Of a stretch of DNA of 64,000 bases, positions 18,167 to 27,893 are shown piece after piece. This stretch comes from Chloroflexota bacterium. Lineage in GTDB: Bacteria > Chloroflexota > Dehalococcoidia > Lucifugimonadales > JADFKI01. The stretch lies in NCBI GenBank assembly GCA_027623195.1, contig JAQBUT010000010.1:1-64000 (forward strand), read 5' to 3'. Below the pieces are notes generated by a model. It did not search any database, was not told the origin of the DNA, and was given only the letters and a program-made list of their open reading frames with translations. Position numbers and translations under genes: made by a program. The first letter of the stretch is position 1. Each line of letters opens with the position of its first letter.

Positions 18167-19411
18167 CTAATGCCCTGACGAACCAGCCAACTGATTGACA
18201 GTCTTGGGCAGCTTCACGAAGGCGAATAGCGCCACGCTGGCCAGACTCACTACTGCTGCGTAAATGAAGGCGTTACTGGTAACCGAGGCGTCCACGATAA
18301 GACCCGCCACGAAGGGCGATAATGTGCCGAAGAAGCTCGCGCCGTAAATCAGCGACACCACCGTAGACTGCGCCTCACCCTCAGCCACATCGACGGCGGC
18401 GGCAATGAATATCACGTGCAGCGAATACAGGAACGCGCCCATGGCCAGTATCGTTAGCAGGAGCTGTGGCCCCGGTTCTGCGAACTTCAGAACAATGTAG
18501 AGCAGGCCCAGAACCGTCAGGGTCGGTATTAACACTACCTTGCGACCAAACTTGTCTGATAGGTAGCCCATTATTGGCTGGGCGGCTATGCCTACTAGCT
18601 GCGCGCCCGCCATGTACAGGGCAATCCGCCCCAGCGAGAACGAGAGGTCTTCCAAAAGGTAAACGGGCAGAAAAGAAATAACGGCGCTTTGTCCCATGCT
18701 TCGTAGCGCGGTCACGGCCACCAATATGATCATTGCACGTTTGCGGAGCAACCCAAAAAGTGACGAGAAGTAGTCCCTCGCGGAGCCGGTGCCACTATCC
18801 ATAGAGGGTATGTTTCGCATCATCAGGTATATCGCAATAGCGAAGGCGAACGCCGGCACTATGCTGATCTGCAAGACATCACGCCATGTAAAGGCCACCA
18901 GGAACGTTAGTGTGAGCAGACCTCCCGTCAAGATAGGCCCTACGACTTCGCCTACGCTGCCGCCTGCGCCATGAAGAGATATGGCCAGGCCGCGCCTATC
19001 AGGAAACTTGCGGGAAAGTGAAGCTATGGCTGGTGGGTGGAACAGGGATGGTCCAATGCCAACTAGCAGCATTACGGCGAACAGAAACCAGTAATTGGGA
19101 GCGTGTCCAAGCAAGAAATACGAGCCCCCCATGAGGCTCAATGAGATGGCTAACAACAGGCCGGAGCGGTTGGCAAACCTGTCCCCCAGGTAGCCGGCCC
19201 ACATTGTGGTCATGCCGCCTGTAATACGGCCAGCGGTGGATAGCGCCCCAAACTGGGCTCCGCTAAGGGCCAGTTCGTCCTTGATTACCGGGAGCAGGAT
19301 GACCTGCAGTGCTGAGTTGTATATGTGCTTTACGGCGTGGCCTACTACAACAGTCGCGGCCAGCTTGTTTCTACCTTGTCGGACTTCTGGTGACACTTCG
19401 TTTGATTGCAC
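18167..19411 (-). CDS. MFS transporter (FsR-like)
   Basis: GYLGDRF and GYLSDKFGRK motifs, FHPPA; about 12 TM segments. Confidence 0.88.
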   Translation of the reverse strand: MQSNEVSPEVRQGRNKLAATVVVGHAVKHIYNSALQVILLPVIKDELALSGAQFGALSTAGRITGGMTTMWAGYLGDRFANRSGLLLAISLSLMGGSYFLLGHAPNYWFLFAVMLLVGIGPSLFHPPAIASLSRKFPDRRGLAISLHGAGGSVGEVVGPILTGGLLTLTFLVAFTWRDVLQISIVPAFAFAIAIYLMMRNIPSMDSGTGSARDYFSSLFGLLRKRAMIILVAVTALRSMGQSAVISFLPVYLLEDLSFSLGRIALYMAGAQLVGIAAQPIMGYLSDKFGRKVVLIPTLTVLGLLYIVLKFAEPGPQLLLTILAMGAFLYSLHVIFIAAAVDVAEGEAQSTVVSLIYGASFFGTLSPFVAGLIVDASVTSNAFIYAAVVSLASVALFAFVKLPKTVNQLAGSSGH

Positions 19412-19582
19412 TAAAGCCTGTAACCTCCACTAAATCCACTGAAACGGTTGCAATTATACATTAGAAGGTGAAGCTGTACACATGATTTGCTTTGCAGCGG
19501 TTTACATATATCTAACACCTGAATAAGTGCGTGAACCAGCCAACAAGGCAGTGGCTAATGTTCGCACGAGACTTTCGAGAGA

Positions 19583-20491
19583 GTGAAAGCATTGGAAATT
19601 GAGTGGGGACAGCAGGTCGCAGCGTATGATGTCTGGTTGGGTAGCATTTACGGCGCCATGCTGGTCAAGGACTCAGGCGCCGTGACTCACCTGGTAGTCA
19701 AACGGGGTCTCGGGCGCAGTAGCCTTCGCATCATATCGGTGGAGAGCGTGGAGAAATGCACCTCAGAGGCCATCTACACGTCGATGCCTTTGGATGAGGC
19801 GTTGCAACAGCCCAAGCTAAAGCGGCTGGACGGTGAGCAGTTCATCGTGGCGTTGACGCCAAAGACCAGAGTGCTCACCTCAGACGGCAAAAAGCTCAGG
19901 TTGAGGGGTGTTCGCGTATCCAACGAAGACCATTCGTTGGAATGGCTGGTGGTGTCTCCCTGGGCGTTCGGGAGACACCGGCGTAGTCTTCTAGTCCCTC
20001 ACGACAGGATTGCCGAGTTCACCACGGGCAAGGTGAAGCTGGCCATCGAGGCCTCGGGCCTTCGCGCCATGCCGGCATATCGACAAGACCATTACGTGGA
20101 ATCCGACCTAAGGGAAAGGCTCAGTAACTCATCCACTGGAGCTCAGGGGGACCTTAGCGGCGTCACTCTCACGGTGGAGGAGGGCGTCGTCGCGTTCCAC
20201 GGAAACGTCAAGAACCTCCACACCAAAGAGGCGCTTAGAGACATCACAAGGCAAGTCAGGGGTGCCGCCGGTCTGCTCATGGACGTCAGGCCCGATGGCG
20301 ACGTTGAGATGGAGATTGCAACTGCCCTGGTAGAGCATACCAGGGGAAACGGCGGGCCGCTTCAGGTCAGCAGCAGGCTGGGTATGGTGCAACTCCTCGG
20401 CCATATGCCCAACGAGGTTGAGTGCGCTGCGCTGGTTCGGACAGCGGAGGCCGTGCCGGGTGTGAAGGGTGTGGCGCTCGCGGGTGCTTAG
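19583..20491 (+). CDS. BON-domain protein with N-terminal PRC-barrel-like repeats
   Basis: Two VTHLVV/LEWLVV barrel-like repeats; C-terminal V.EGVV.F.G.V and VPGVKGV BON signatures. Confidence 0.65.
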   Translation: MKALEIEWGQQVAAYDVWLGSIYGAMLVKDSGAVTHLVVKRGLGRSSLRIISVESVEKCTSEAIYTSMPLDEALQQPKLKRLDGEQFIVALTPKTRVLTSDGKKLRLRGVRVSNEDHSLEWLVVSPWAFGRHRRSLLVPHDRIAEFTTGKVKLAIEASGLRAMPAYRQDHYVESDLRERLSNSSTGAQGDLSGVTLTVEEGVVAFHGNVKNLHTKEALRDITRQVRGAAGLLMDVRPDGDVEMEIATALVEHTRGNGGPLQVSSRLGMVQLLGHMPNEVECAALVRTAEAVPGVKGVALAGA

Positions 20492-20570
20492 TGTGTTTAT
20501 TGTTTGCTCCACCCAGGTCGTTACGTTATCGCCTGAATAGCCGAGAGTTTTAAAAGACAATTGCCTCAAC

Positions 20571-20598
20571 TTTACGGCGAAAAAGGGCTGGCTATAAT
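20571..20598 (+). promoter_or_regulatory. Orphan sigma70-like promoter in a convergent intergenic region
   Basis: TTTACG-16 nt-TATAAT. Confidence 0.45.
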
Positions 20599-20652
20599 GC
20601 CTTCGAAATAGTCCTGCTTGTGGGGCAAAGCTGACCACTAAAAACCGACGAT

Positions 20653-20692
20653 AAAAAAAAAAGGCGTTCGCTAAAGCGAACGCCCTTTTTTT
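20653..20692. terminator. Bidirectional intrinsic terminator
   Basis: A10-GGCGTTCGCT-AA-AGCGAACGCC-C-T7. Confidence 0.9.
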
Positions 20693-20710
20693 GCTGACCT
20701 AAAACCAGTC

Positions 20711-21721
20711 CTAGAGGACGTGGTAGAGAATAAGGTGCTCTCTTAACACGTCGTTCGCGAAGTCATTTTCCACGTCCCTGAGGACCGAGTGGATATGGTT
20801 GGCTTCGTTCTGCCTGTTGTCGTACTCGACTATGAAATTGTCAGCGTGGATTCGATAGTAGTGCTTGCTGAAGCGCTCCGTTCCACCGCCCCAGGCGAAG
20901 TGGAAGTTGGCTAGCCCCTTGTCCTGGACCTGCGCCATCTTGTCCGCTGCAACGTCATCTCGAATTGCCGCGAGGTATTCGCTGATGACCGCCATCATCA
21001 TTTCCTGCTGGGTGCCGTTCATCTGGGAGCCTGCCAGGCCTTCCTCTTTCGGGAACACCGGCCTGGATGCGTTGTACGTCAGGATGTCGAAAGGCGCGTC
21101 GTCATAGATGATCGCCTTGGACTTTTGACCCGAGTCCATGCTCTGGATTAGCTCCAGCGCCAAGTCTTCGCGGTCGCTCAGGATGCGCAGCCCCTTCTGC
21201 GGGCCCTCTAGCACCTCAGAGGGGTTGGCCCCGAAGAAGAACGGCGTGGTGGAGATGACCTTGTCTTTCCAGATGCTGTAGTGCAGGGATACGTGATGAC
21301 CCTCTGCGCGCCACGCCCACGGGTTCTCCGTGCTGGTTGGGTCTCCGAAAACCGTAAAGTAGTAAAGTTCCGAGTCCCGCCTAAAGCTGATGATTTTAGC
21401 CTTGTCCTCAACCTCTTTAAGTATGGCCTCGTGTTCGATGATCTGCTTGGCCTGCCTGAAGGCCTTGGGCGTGAGGCCGGTCTCCAGGATGGCAAACGCA
21501 AGCTTGCGCTGGTTGTCATCCATATCCCGCAATGCGAGGCCGTGCCTGTTCAAAGGCGGGTAATACCAAAAGATCCTCTCGCCGTCCATGTACTCGAAGG
21601 TCGCCTTGGCCTTCTGGTCGGCGGAAAGGCTATTAAGCCATGCTGAGGCCGCCGCGCTCATCTGCGAAACCGCTTGCGGATGAGTGTGTCCATTTCCGTT
21701 GTGAGTGTGCTCTGCTGTCAT
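20711..21721 (-). CDS. DUF3500 family protein
   Basis: W.W..EGHHVSL, TPFFFGANP, YYRI, EYDN...ANHIHSV.RD..NDF. Confidence 0.88.
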   Translation of the reverse strand: MTAEHTHNGNGHTHPQAVSQMSAAASAWLNSLSADQKAKATFEYMDGERIFWYYPPLNRHGLALRDMDDNQRKLAFAILETGLTPKAFRQAKQIIEHEAILKEVEDKAKIISFRRDSELYYFTVFGDPTSTENPWAWRAEGHHVSLHYSIWKDKVISTTPFFFGANPSEVLEGPQKGLRILSDREDLALELIQSMDSGQKSKAIIYDDAPFDILTYNASRPVFPKEEGLAGSQMNGTQQEMMMAVISEYLAAIRDDVAADKMAQVQDKGLANFHFAWGGGTERFSKHYYRIHADNFIVEYDNRQNEANHIHSVLRDVENDFANDVLREHLILYHVL

Positions 21722-21799
21722 TCAACTCTCCTTTTCTATAGGAACTAGAAACCCACTATTTCCCGTTTTGGGCGTCAGTATACCACCCGTGTAAAGTGG

Positions 21800-22744
21800 C
21801 TATGCCTTGGTTAGCCTCTGGAACGCTCTTACGCCAGGAGGGGGGCCTTCGCCGGAGTTGGTCATGTTGGTGTAGGCCACTTCTCCCACGTAAATGTTCT
21901 TATGAGAATCCAGGCAAATGCCGTGTGGCGAGATGAACTGGCCGGTCTCCAGGCCGTAGCCGTTGCCCAGTTGAGCTTGCACTTCGCCCTTCATGTTAAA
22001 AACGGAGACCCTTGGCCCGATGTTGGGAACGTTGCGGTGGACGCTCATGCCCCAGCCCAGCTCTCCAACGTAAACAAGCTCCGCTTCGTTGTCGATGTAC
22101 AGGCCGCAAGGACGGTGAACGTTGGGCCACTGGTCCACGAACTTGCCTCCATCATCGAAGATCTGTATGCGATGGTTCTCGCGGTCGGCCACGTATACCA
22201 GGCCGGCCTTGTCCGTGACGATGTTGTGGGCGATGCTAAACTCGCCAGGAAGGTTGCCGGGGCCGCCCCAGGAGAACAGCAGGTTGCCATCGGCGGAGTA
22301 CTTATGTACCCGGGAGTTGCCGTATCCGTCGGAGACGTAGATGTCGCCGGTCTTGGGGTCCGTCGCGGTGTGGGTACAGCGGTTGAACGGGTCCCCGCTA
22401 AACAGCGGTGCGGGCGTGCCGGGCACCCCTATCGTCATCAGCACTTCGCCGTCCAGCGTGCACTGACGGACCGTGTGGTCGCCGTCGTCGGTCAGGTAGA
22501 GAGTGTTGTTCGGGCCTTTGCTTATGCCGTGGCCGCGTACGAAAACACCCTCGCCCCATGACTTGACGAAATTGCCCGAGCTATCGAACACCATCATCGG
22601 GTGGTCGCCTCGGGTGAACATGTAGATGTTGTCGTCGTCGTCCGCAAAAACGGCGGGAACCTCTCGCCAGCCATAACCCTCTGGCACGGTCTCCCAGTTG
22701 ACCTCGACCTGATATGTGTATTGTCCGCTACCTAGAGTTACCAT
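21800..22744 (-). CDS. NHL-repeat beta-propeller (peptidyl-alpha-hydroxyglycine lyase-like)
   Basis: YVSDGYGNSRVHK, YVADRENHRIQIF, PHGI repeats. Confidence 0.88.
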   Translation of the reverse strand: MVTLGSGQYTYQVEVNWETVPEGYGWREVPAVFADDDDNIYMFTRGDHPMMVFDSSGNFVKSWGEGVFVRGHGISKGPNNTLYLTDDGDHTVRQCTLDGEVLMTIGVPGTPAPLFSGDPFNRCTHTATDPKTGDIYVSDGYGNSRVHKYSADGNLLFSWGGPGNLPGEFSIAHNIVTDKAGLVYVADRENHRIQIFDDGGKFVDQWPNVHRPCGLYIDNEAELVYVGELGWGMSVHRNVPNIGPRVSVFNMKGEVQAQLGNGYGLETGQFISPHGICLDSHKNIYVGEVAYTNMTNSGEGPPPGVRAFQRLTKA

Positions 22745-22920
22745 TTATCCTCCCCCTGGAAATCACTTGGATGTGCCGGGATTATACACTGGCATTCGCA
22801 ATTTCCAAAATATTCCAAAATTTACTGGAAGGGTGACTCCGGCTTAGCGTTGAAGTCCGCGAGAAGACGGTGTAACCTAACGAATATTCTTGAGAACCAG
22901 AATCAACAGGAGGTCGTGAA

Positions 22921-23370
22921 ATGCCGGATGCAAGAGTTGAGGCACTATGGAAGTGCACAGGGCACTTTGAGCCTATGGAGCCTATGGACGACGTTAACGT
23001 CATCACGGGCTTTGGCATTGAGGGCGACCGCCACGCCACGGAAACGCCAGCCCGCAAGCATCGGCAGGTTCTGCTGATGGACGTGGAGACACTAGGGGTG
23101 TTTGGTCTGGAGCAAGGTCAGATACGCGAGAACGTGACGACTTCGGGCATCGACCTGCACGCGCTGCCGCGAGGTCAGAAGCTAGCGTTAGGCGACGAGG
23201 TGGTGCTGGAGGTAACCGGCTTCTGCGACCCCTGCCAGTTCATTGAGGGCATTCGCGATGGTCTACAGCAGCAGATGACCGACCGCCGGGGCATGCTCAC
23301 TCACGTAATCCAGGGCGGCACCCTCCGCAAAGGCGACGGTATTAGGGTGCTTGAGGGCGCGGTGGTTTAG
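22921..23370 (+). CDS. MOSC domain protein
   Basis: GIEGDRH, RQV, ENVTT.G, C.PC, RRG; SD AGGAGGT. Confidence 0.88.
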   Translation: MPDARVEALWKCTGHFEPMEPMDDVNVITGFGIEGDRHATETPARKHRQVLLMDVETLGVFGLEQGQIRENVTTSGIDLHALPRGQKLALGDEVVLEVTGFCDPCQFIEGIRDGLQQQMTDRRGMLTHVIQGGTLRKGDGIRVLEGAVV

Positions 23371-23397
23371 GGCGGCCAACTACTTGGTCTGCCAAAT

Positions 23398-23970
23398 TCA
23401 AACCGACGTTGCTCCATTCTTAGAAAAATCCAGCGACATTGCTTTGCCGGGGTTGGGACTGCCGGAGGTCTCGCCTATGCGGATGATCTCCGCGTGCAGG
23501 TGGCCGGGCTTTAGCTCCAGCAGACCCACGGTGCCCATGCGCAGCTCCTTGTGCTGTGGGAAGGTGATGCTACCGCTGTTGAGCAGAACGATGCCATCGC
23601 GTTCCTCCAGCCGCTCCTGGTGCGAGTGGCCGGCGATCATGATGTCTACCGGGGAGGGGAACATCTTCTGCAGCTCGGACATTGGCCGGTGCTCGCCCTC
23701 CATGCTGTGGATCATGCCAATCTTCCAGCCCTCGATGTCCAGCATCTGCACAAATTGGGTGCGAGGGTCCTCGTAGACGTCGTTGTTGCCGTCGGCGCAG
23801 ACAACCGGCGCGAACTGCTCGCACCAGTCGAGCACCCGCGTGGCGATGAGGTCGCCGCCGTGCAAAATCAGGTCCACCGACGAGAAGAACTCCTCTGGTT
23901 CGGGCCCTAGTTCGTCCAGGTCTCGAATCATATTGGGTAGGTGCGTGTCCGTTAGTAATCCGATAATCAT
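23398..23970 (-). CDS. Metallophosphoesterase (YfcE-like)
   Basis: DTH, HGGD, GNND, GHSH, NSGS. Confidence 0.88.
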   Translation of the reverse strand: MIIGLLTDTHLPNMIRDLDELGPEPEEFFSSVDLILHGGDLIATRVLDWCEQFAPVVCADGNNDVYEDPRTQFVQMLDIEGWKIGMIHSMEGEHRPMSELQKMFPSPVDIMIAGHSHQERLEERDGIVLLNSGSITFPQHKELRMGTVGLLELKPGHLHAEIIRIGETSGSPNPGKAMSLDFSKNGATSV

Positions 23971-24116
23971 AGGAGAATTTTATATATGTTTGAGACGGCC
24001 GGTCAATGGGATTTGCTGGCCTGTAAAGCCGCGCAAGCGGGAGGTGTGTACTTGGTGTGGCTCGCAGGCTTTCCACAGCGGCGTAAAGTTTATCGAAAAG
24101 TTGGCCGTCGAGATGC

Positions 24117-24518
24117 CTAAGAAACCGCCTGCACAGCCGCCCGGGCGCAGTCCTCGTCCTCCTGAGATGTGCCGCCGCCGACACCGCACGCCGCCACAGC
24201 AGCGCCGTCGCGTATCAATGGCACTCCTCCCTGACTGAAGATCATGTGGCCACCCTCCGCTTGGGTGATGCCTCGCACGATAGGGCTGTCGGCCCGCTCC
24301 TGCATCTCGCCGCTGGGCCGCGCGAAGGACACTGACGCCACAGCCTTGCCCTGGCTGCCGTACACACCGGCCCATATCGCGCCGTCCATCTTGTTGAACG
24401 CGACCAACCTGCCGCCTGCGTCGCACACGGCCACGCTGATCTTTATGCCAAGCTCTTCCGCCTTGGCGATTGCCGTCTGCACCATGGTGTTGGCTTCCCG
24501 TAGCGTGATTTCTGCCAT
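24117..24518 (-). CDS. GlcG/HbpS heme-binding family protein
   Basis: VAVCD.GG, MDGA, KA, GGVP, GVGGG...ED. Confidence 0.9.
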   Translation of the reverse strand: MAEITLREANTMVQTAIAKAEELGIKISVAVCDAGGRLVAFNKMDGAIWAGVYGSQGKAVASVSFARPSGEMQERADSPIVRGITQAEGGHMIFSQGGVPLIRDGAAVAACGVGGGTSQEDEDCARAAVQAVS

Positions 24519-24611
24519 GTCTATCTCCTAATTTATGTTTGGTAGTGCCGTAGCCGGATGGTAACAATGCAACTACCTTGGGTCAAACCATTTTGGTTCG
24601 TATTTGATGCG

Positions 24612-24640
24612 TTGACGCTCGGATTTCCGTGTGCTACCTT
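24612..24640 (+). promoter_or_regulatory. Sigma70 promoter of the thiolase-DUF35-VOC operon
   Basis: TTGACG-17 nt-TACCTT with an extended TG. Confidence 0.6.
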
Positions 24641-24716
24641 TGCGCCACTGCGTCGGCTATCACGCCGTTCACAGCATTAGTTTTATTTAATTTCATGGTC
24701 ATTTGGGAGGGAAAGA

Positions 24717-25910
24717 ATGCCTCAACGCAAGGAGGCCGCAATAGTCGGCATCCACGAGTATCCTCTGCGGGTCGTAGGACCCGGCACAAGCGCCCTGCAG
24801 ATCAAGGCCGCATCCGCTGCCAGGGCGTTGGAAGACGCTGGACTATCCTGGAAGGATGTGGACGCCGTTTACGATACGGGGACCCACCAGGGTATCGGAG
24901 GCCTGGGAATATCCGAATACCTTGGCCTTAACCCAAGGCTCATTGACACAACGGCCGTGGGTGGCACGTCCTACGAGTTTCAGGCCAACCACGCTGCCAG
25001 GATGATCGCGGCCGGACAGTGTAGCGTGGCGCTGCTGACGTATGGCTCCACGGCTCACTCGGACAGGCGCAACATCGGCACGGCAGGCGGCACAAGCGTT
25101 GGGCCTGCTACACCTGGCGGGAATATGGAAGACTCATGGGGCCAGACGCTGATCGCCAACTACGGCATGGTGAAGAACCGGCACAAATTTCAGTACGGCA
25201 CTACCGACGAGCAGTTCGCCGAGATATCCGTCGTGACCCGCAAGCACGCCATGCGCAATCCTGAGGCGGTTAAGGCTATGACCGACCTGGAGTTCGTGGG
25301 TATCAACGAGATTACGATACAGGACGTTCTCGATTCCCGCGTCATAGCGCACCCGCTGCACCTGCTAGAGTGCTGTATGGTCTCTGACGGCGGTGGGGCG
25401 GTGATCATTGCATCTCCTGAAGTTGCGGCCAACTGCGCCAAGAAACCAGTCTGGATTATCGGCACGGGCGAGGCAACAAAGTACCGCGAGAACGGCGGCG
25501 ACATCACCGTAAGCGCGGGCGCACAGTCCGGGCCGCGTGCCTTCGCAGACGCGGGCGTTACGCCGGATGAGATCGATATTTTGATGGCCTACGACTCCTT
25601 CAGCATCACTGTGATGTGCCTGATCGAGGACATGGGCTTCTGCAAGAAGGGCGAGGGCGGAGACTACGTAAGCCAGCGGCACCTGGGTTTCGACGATCCT
25701 CGTAAGCCTGCCATGAACACGGACGGCGGCGGACTGTCGTCCAACCATCCAGGAGAGCGCGGCATCTTCCTGCTGCTAGAGTCGGTGCGCCAGCTACGCG
25801 GCGAGTCAACGTCGCAAGTTAACGACGCAAAACTGGCATTGGCCGTAGGCAACGGAGGGCAGCTAGGCTCCCGTCACGCCACCGGCGCAACCATCTTGGC
25901 CGCCGACTAA
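24717..25910 (+). CDS. SCP2/Ltp2-type thiolase-fold protein
   Basis: CCMVSDGGGA, YDSFS, NTDGGGLSSNHPG, RQLRG; N-terminal Cys replaced (VGGTS). Confidence 0.88.
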   Translation: MPQRKEAAIVGIHEYPLRVVGPGTSALQIKAASAARALEDAGLSWKDVDAVYDTGTHQGIGGLGISEYLGLNPRLIDTTAVGGTSYEFQANHAARMIAAGQCSVALLTYGSTAHSDRRNIGTAGGTSVGPATPGGNMEDSWGQTLIANYGMVKNRHKFQYGTTDEQFAEISVVTRKHAMRNPEAVKAMTDLEFVGINEITIQDVLDSRVIAHPLHLLECCMVSDGGGAVIIASPEVAANCAKKPVWIIGTGEATKYRENGGDITVSAGAQSGPRAFADAGVTPDEIDILMAYDSFSITVMCLIEDMGFCKKGEGGDYVSQRHLGFDDPRKPAMNTDGGGLSSNHPGERGIFLLLESVRQLRGESTSQVNDAKLALAVGNGGQLGSRHATGATILAAD

Positions 25911-25950
25911 TTTCTGGAATGGCCAGCGAATCAAACTCGAAAACGAAAGA

Positions 25951-25978
25951 ACCCTTCGTCCTGAGCCTGTCGAAGGAC
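25951..25978. repeat. REP-like family A half copy
   Basis: ACCCTTCGTCCTGAGCCTGTCGAAGGAC. Confidence 0.7.
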
Positions 25979-26031
25979 AGCGCTTGTGGGCCGAGGTTTA
26001 GCAGTACCAGCTACAAGGAGATATTGAAAAA

Positions 26032-26448
26032 ATGGCAGGACAGAGACCGTTACCAAGATTTCCAGAGCCAGACACGGCCCCTTATTGGGAGGCTACCAAG
26101 CAGCACGAGCTGAAGTACCAGACATGTAACAAGTGCAGCACGATCATATTCTTTGCCCGTAGACACTGCACCAACTGTGGCTCCGACAACACCTCGTGGC
26201 ATACGTCCAAGGGCGAGGGCACGCTTTACACGTACAGCGTCATCATGCAGAGCCGGCACCCAGCATTTGCGGACCTGGGGCCTTACGCGCTGGCCTATGT
26301 GGACCTGGACGAGGGCTTCCGCATCATGACGAACATCGTTGGGGTAGACAGGCCCGTCACCGACATAACCATAGGTATGCGGGTAAAAGTGCGCTGGGAT
26401 GACCAGGGCGAGGGCGAAGTCTCCCTCCCCATGTTCGAGCCTGCGTAG
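26032..26448 (+). CDS. Zn-ribbon OB-fold protein (DUF35 / ChsH2-like)
   Basis: CNKC...CTNC, G.LYTYS, PY....VDLDEG; adjacent to the thiolase. Confidence 0.9.
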   Translation: MAGQRPLPRFPEPDTAPYWEATKQHELKYQTCNKCSTIIFFARRHCTNCGSDNTSWHTSKGEGTLYTYSVIMQSRHPAFADLGPYALAYVDLDEGFRIMTNIVGVDRPVTDITIGMRVKVRWDDQGEGEVSLPMFEPA

Positions 26449-26517
26449 GAAGTGACCGCGCATTTGCCGCGAGTCTCTTACCTCGTTAAGACGCACCTGA
26501 CTTTGAGGAAAAAAAAG

Positions 26518-26922
26518 ATGTCCACAGTAAGCATAGACCACATCGCCATGCCCACGGCCGACGCCGAGAAACTCATCGCCTTTTACAAAAGGCTTGGCTT
26601 CACCATCAACGACGAGGAGTGGCGCGCAGGCAACGCAGGCATATTTTCGATACAGGTGGGCGACTCCAAGATAAACGTGCACCCTGAGGGATACACGGCC
26701 AACCTTCGCGGGCCAACGGCAACGCCGGGCTGTGGCGACATCTGTTTTGTGTGGAACGGCACGGCAGAAGAGTGCAAGCAGATGCTGGATGACGCAGGCG
26801 TCGATATCGTCGCAGGCCCCGGACCGCGCAACGGTGCGCAGCGGCATCGCAACGCCGTCAGCATGTACGCCCGCGACCCTGACGAGAACCTTCTGGAATG
26901 GATGATCTATTTGGATGAATAG
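26518..26922 (+). CDS. VOC / glyoxalase family protein
   Basis: IDH, KINVH, PG.GD.CF, Y.RDPDENLLE. Confidence 0.85.
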   Translation: MSTVSIDHIAMPTADAEKLIAFYKRLGFTINDEEWRAGNAGIFSIQVGDSKINVHPEGYTANLRGPTATPGCGDICFVWNGTAEECKQMLDDAGVDIVAGPGPRNGAQRHRNAVSMYARDPDENLLEWMIYLDE

Positions 26923-26958
26923 GCGGCAGGGCTAACGTAACCTCAATTCCAACCAGAT

Positions 26959-27714
26959 TTAGGGGGCCAGGTGCTCCGGCTCCAGCGTTTCGGCCATTTC
27001 CAGGGTGTCGGCGCTGATATGGCCGTCGTAAAGCTGGTATTTGGCAGCGAACTCGTTCAGCAGGGCTTGGGTTACGTCGTCGTATGCCAGCTGACCTAGC
27101 TCGTCTTGGAGACTTCCAGTGGTTTCGGGAATCCAGTCGATTTCCAGCGCGTGGTATACCGGCGTGAGCACGTCTTTGATGCGCTTCACGCCGTCCACCA
27201 CGATGACTCCGCCTACATGAGCGGCATTCCTGATGAGGCGCTGGCCAACGCCCATGAGCTTCGTCTCGCCACGGGCGTTAACGCTATGCCGGCCTGGGCA
27301 GTATTCGCCCGGCACTTCGCCCACGCGGGCATCTACTCCCAGACTGGCTAAGGCACTGGCCGTCAACTCTGCCATCTCGTCGAACCGCTCCATAACGCCG
27401 TCGTGCGGCGACGCTGCCTTGACGGGGATGGTCCACGAGAAGGCCAAGGTATCCCCATGGAAGACGGCTGCTCTGCCTCCTGCAAGACGTTGTATCGCCT
27501 CAAATCCTCGCTCGCGGGAAGCCGCTACGGCGTCGGCATATCCGTCCGCGCGGGTATCTTGCGGGCCAAACGCCACAACGTCCGCTGGTCTATACAGGCG
27601 CAAAGTCTCCGGTTCATCGCCGGTGGAGACGCTCCGAAGTAACGCACGCGACACGGCAGTATCCAGCGCTGGCCGCTCGCCAAACGATTCGGTTACTAAT
27701 CGAATGCTTCTCAT
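26959..27714 (-). CDS. Lipoate-protein ligase family, LipL-like amidotransferase
   Basis: RLAGGRAAV and EYCPG...KLMGVGQR (LipL-type Cys motif). Confidence 0.8.
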   Translation of the reverse strand: MRSIRLVTESFGERPALDTAVSRALLRSVSTGDEPETLRLYRPADVVAFGPQDTRADGYADAVAASRERGFEAIQRLAGGRAAVFHGDTLAFSWTIPVKAASPHDGVMERFDEMAELTASALASLGVDARVGEVPGEYCPGRHSVNARGETKLMGVGQRLIRNAAHVGGVIVVDGVKRIKDVLTPVYHALEIDWIPETTGSLQDELGQLAYDDVTQALLNEFAAKYQLYDGHISADTLEMAETLEPEHLAP

Positions 27715-27893
27715 TACCCTACTGTCCGCATGTTCTGCTTCAGTGTCATTTGTAAATCAAGGATACAGAACTAGAAGCTCATTATCAGCCATATTCATCG
27801 GGTCTTGCAGGCCCAGCAAGGTGATAACCATGCCAAAAAATGAGATACTATTGCGGCTTCGAGCAAATATTTGTCGTATTGGAGCACTAAGAA

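Noticed and set aside
24575..24600. GGTCAAACCA / AACCA-TTT-TGGTT as a FadR/GntR operator between the glcG-like gene and thiolase
   Set aside because: Short and imperfect with no regulator nearby; too weak to support without footprinting
25919..26113. 64-aa ORF containing PFVLSLSK
   Set aside because: Translation of the family A repeat, overlapping the DUF35 gene out of frame
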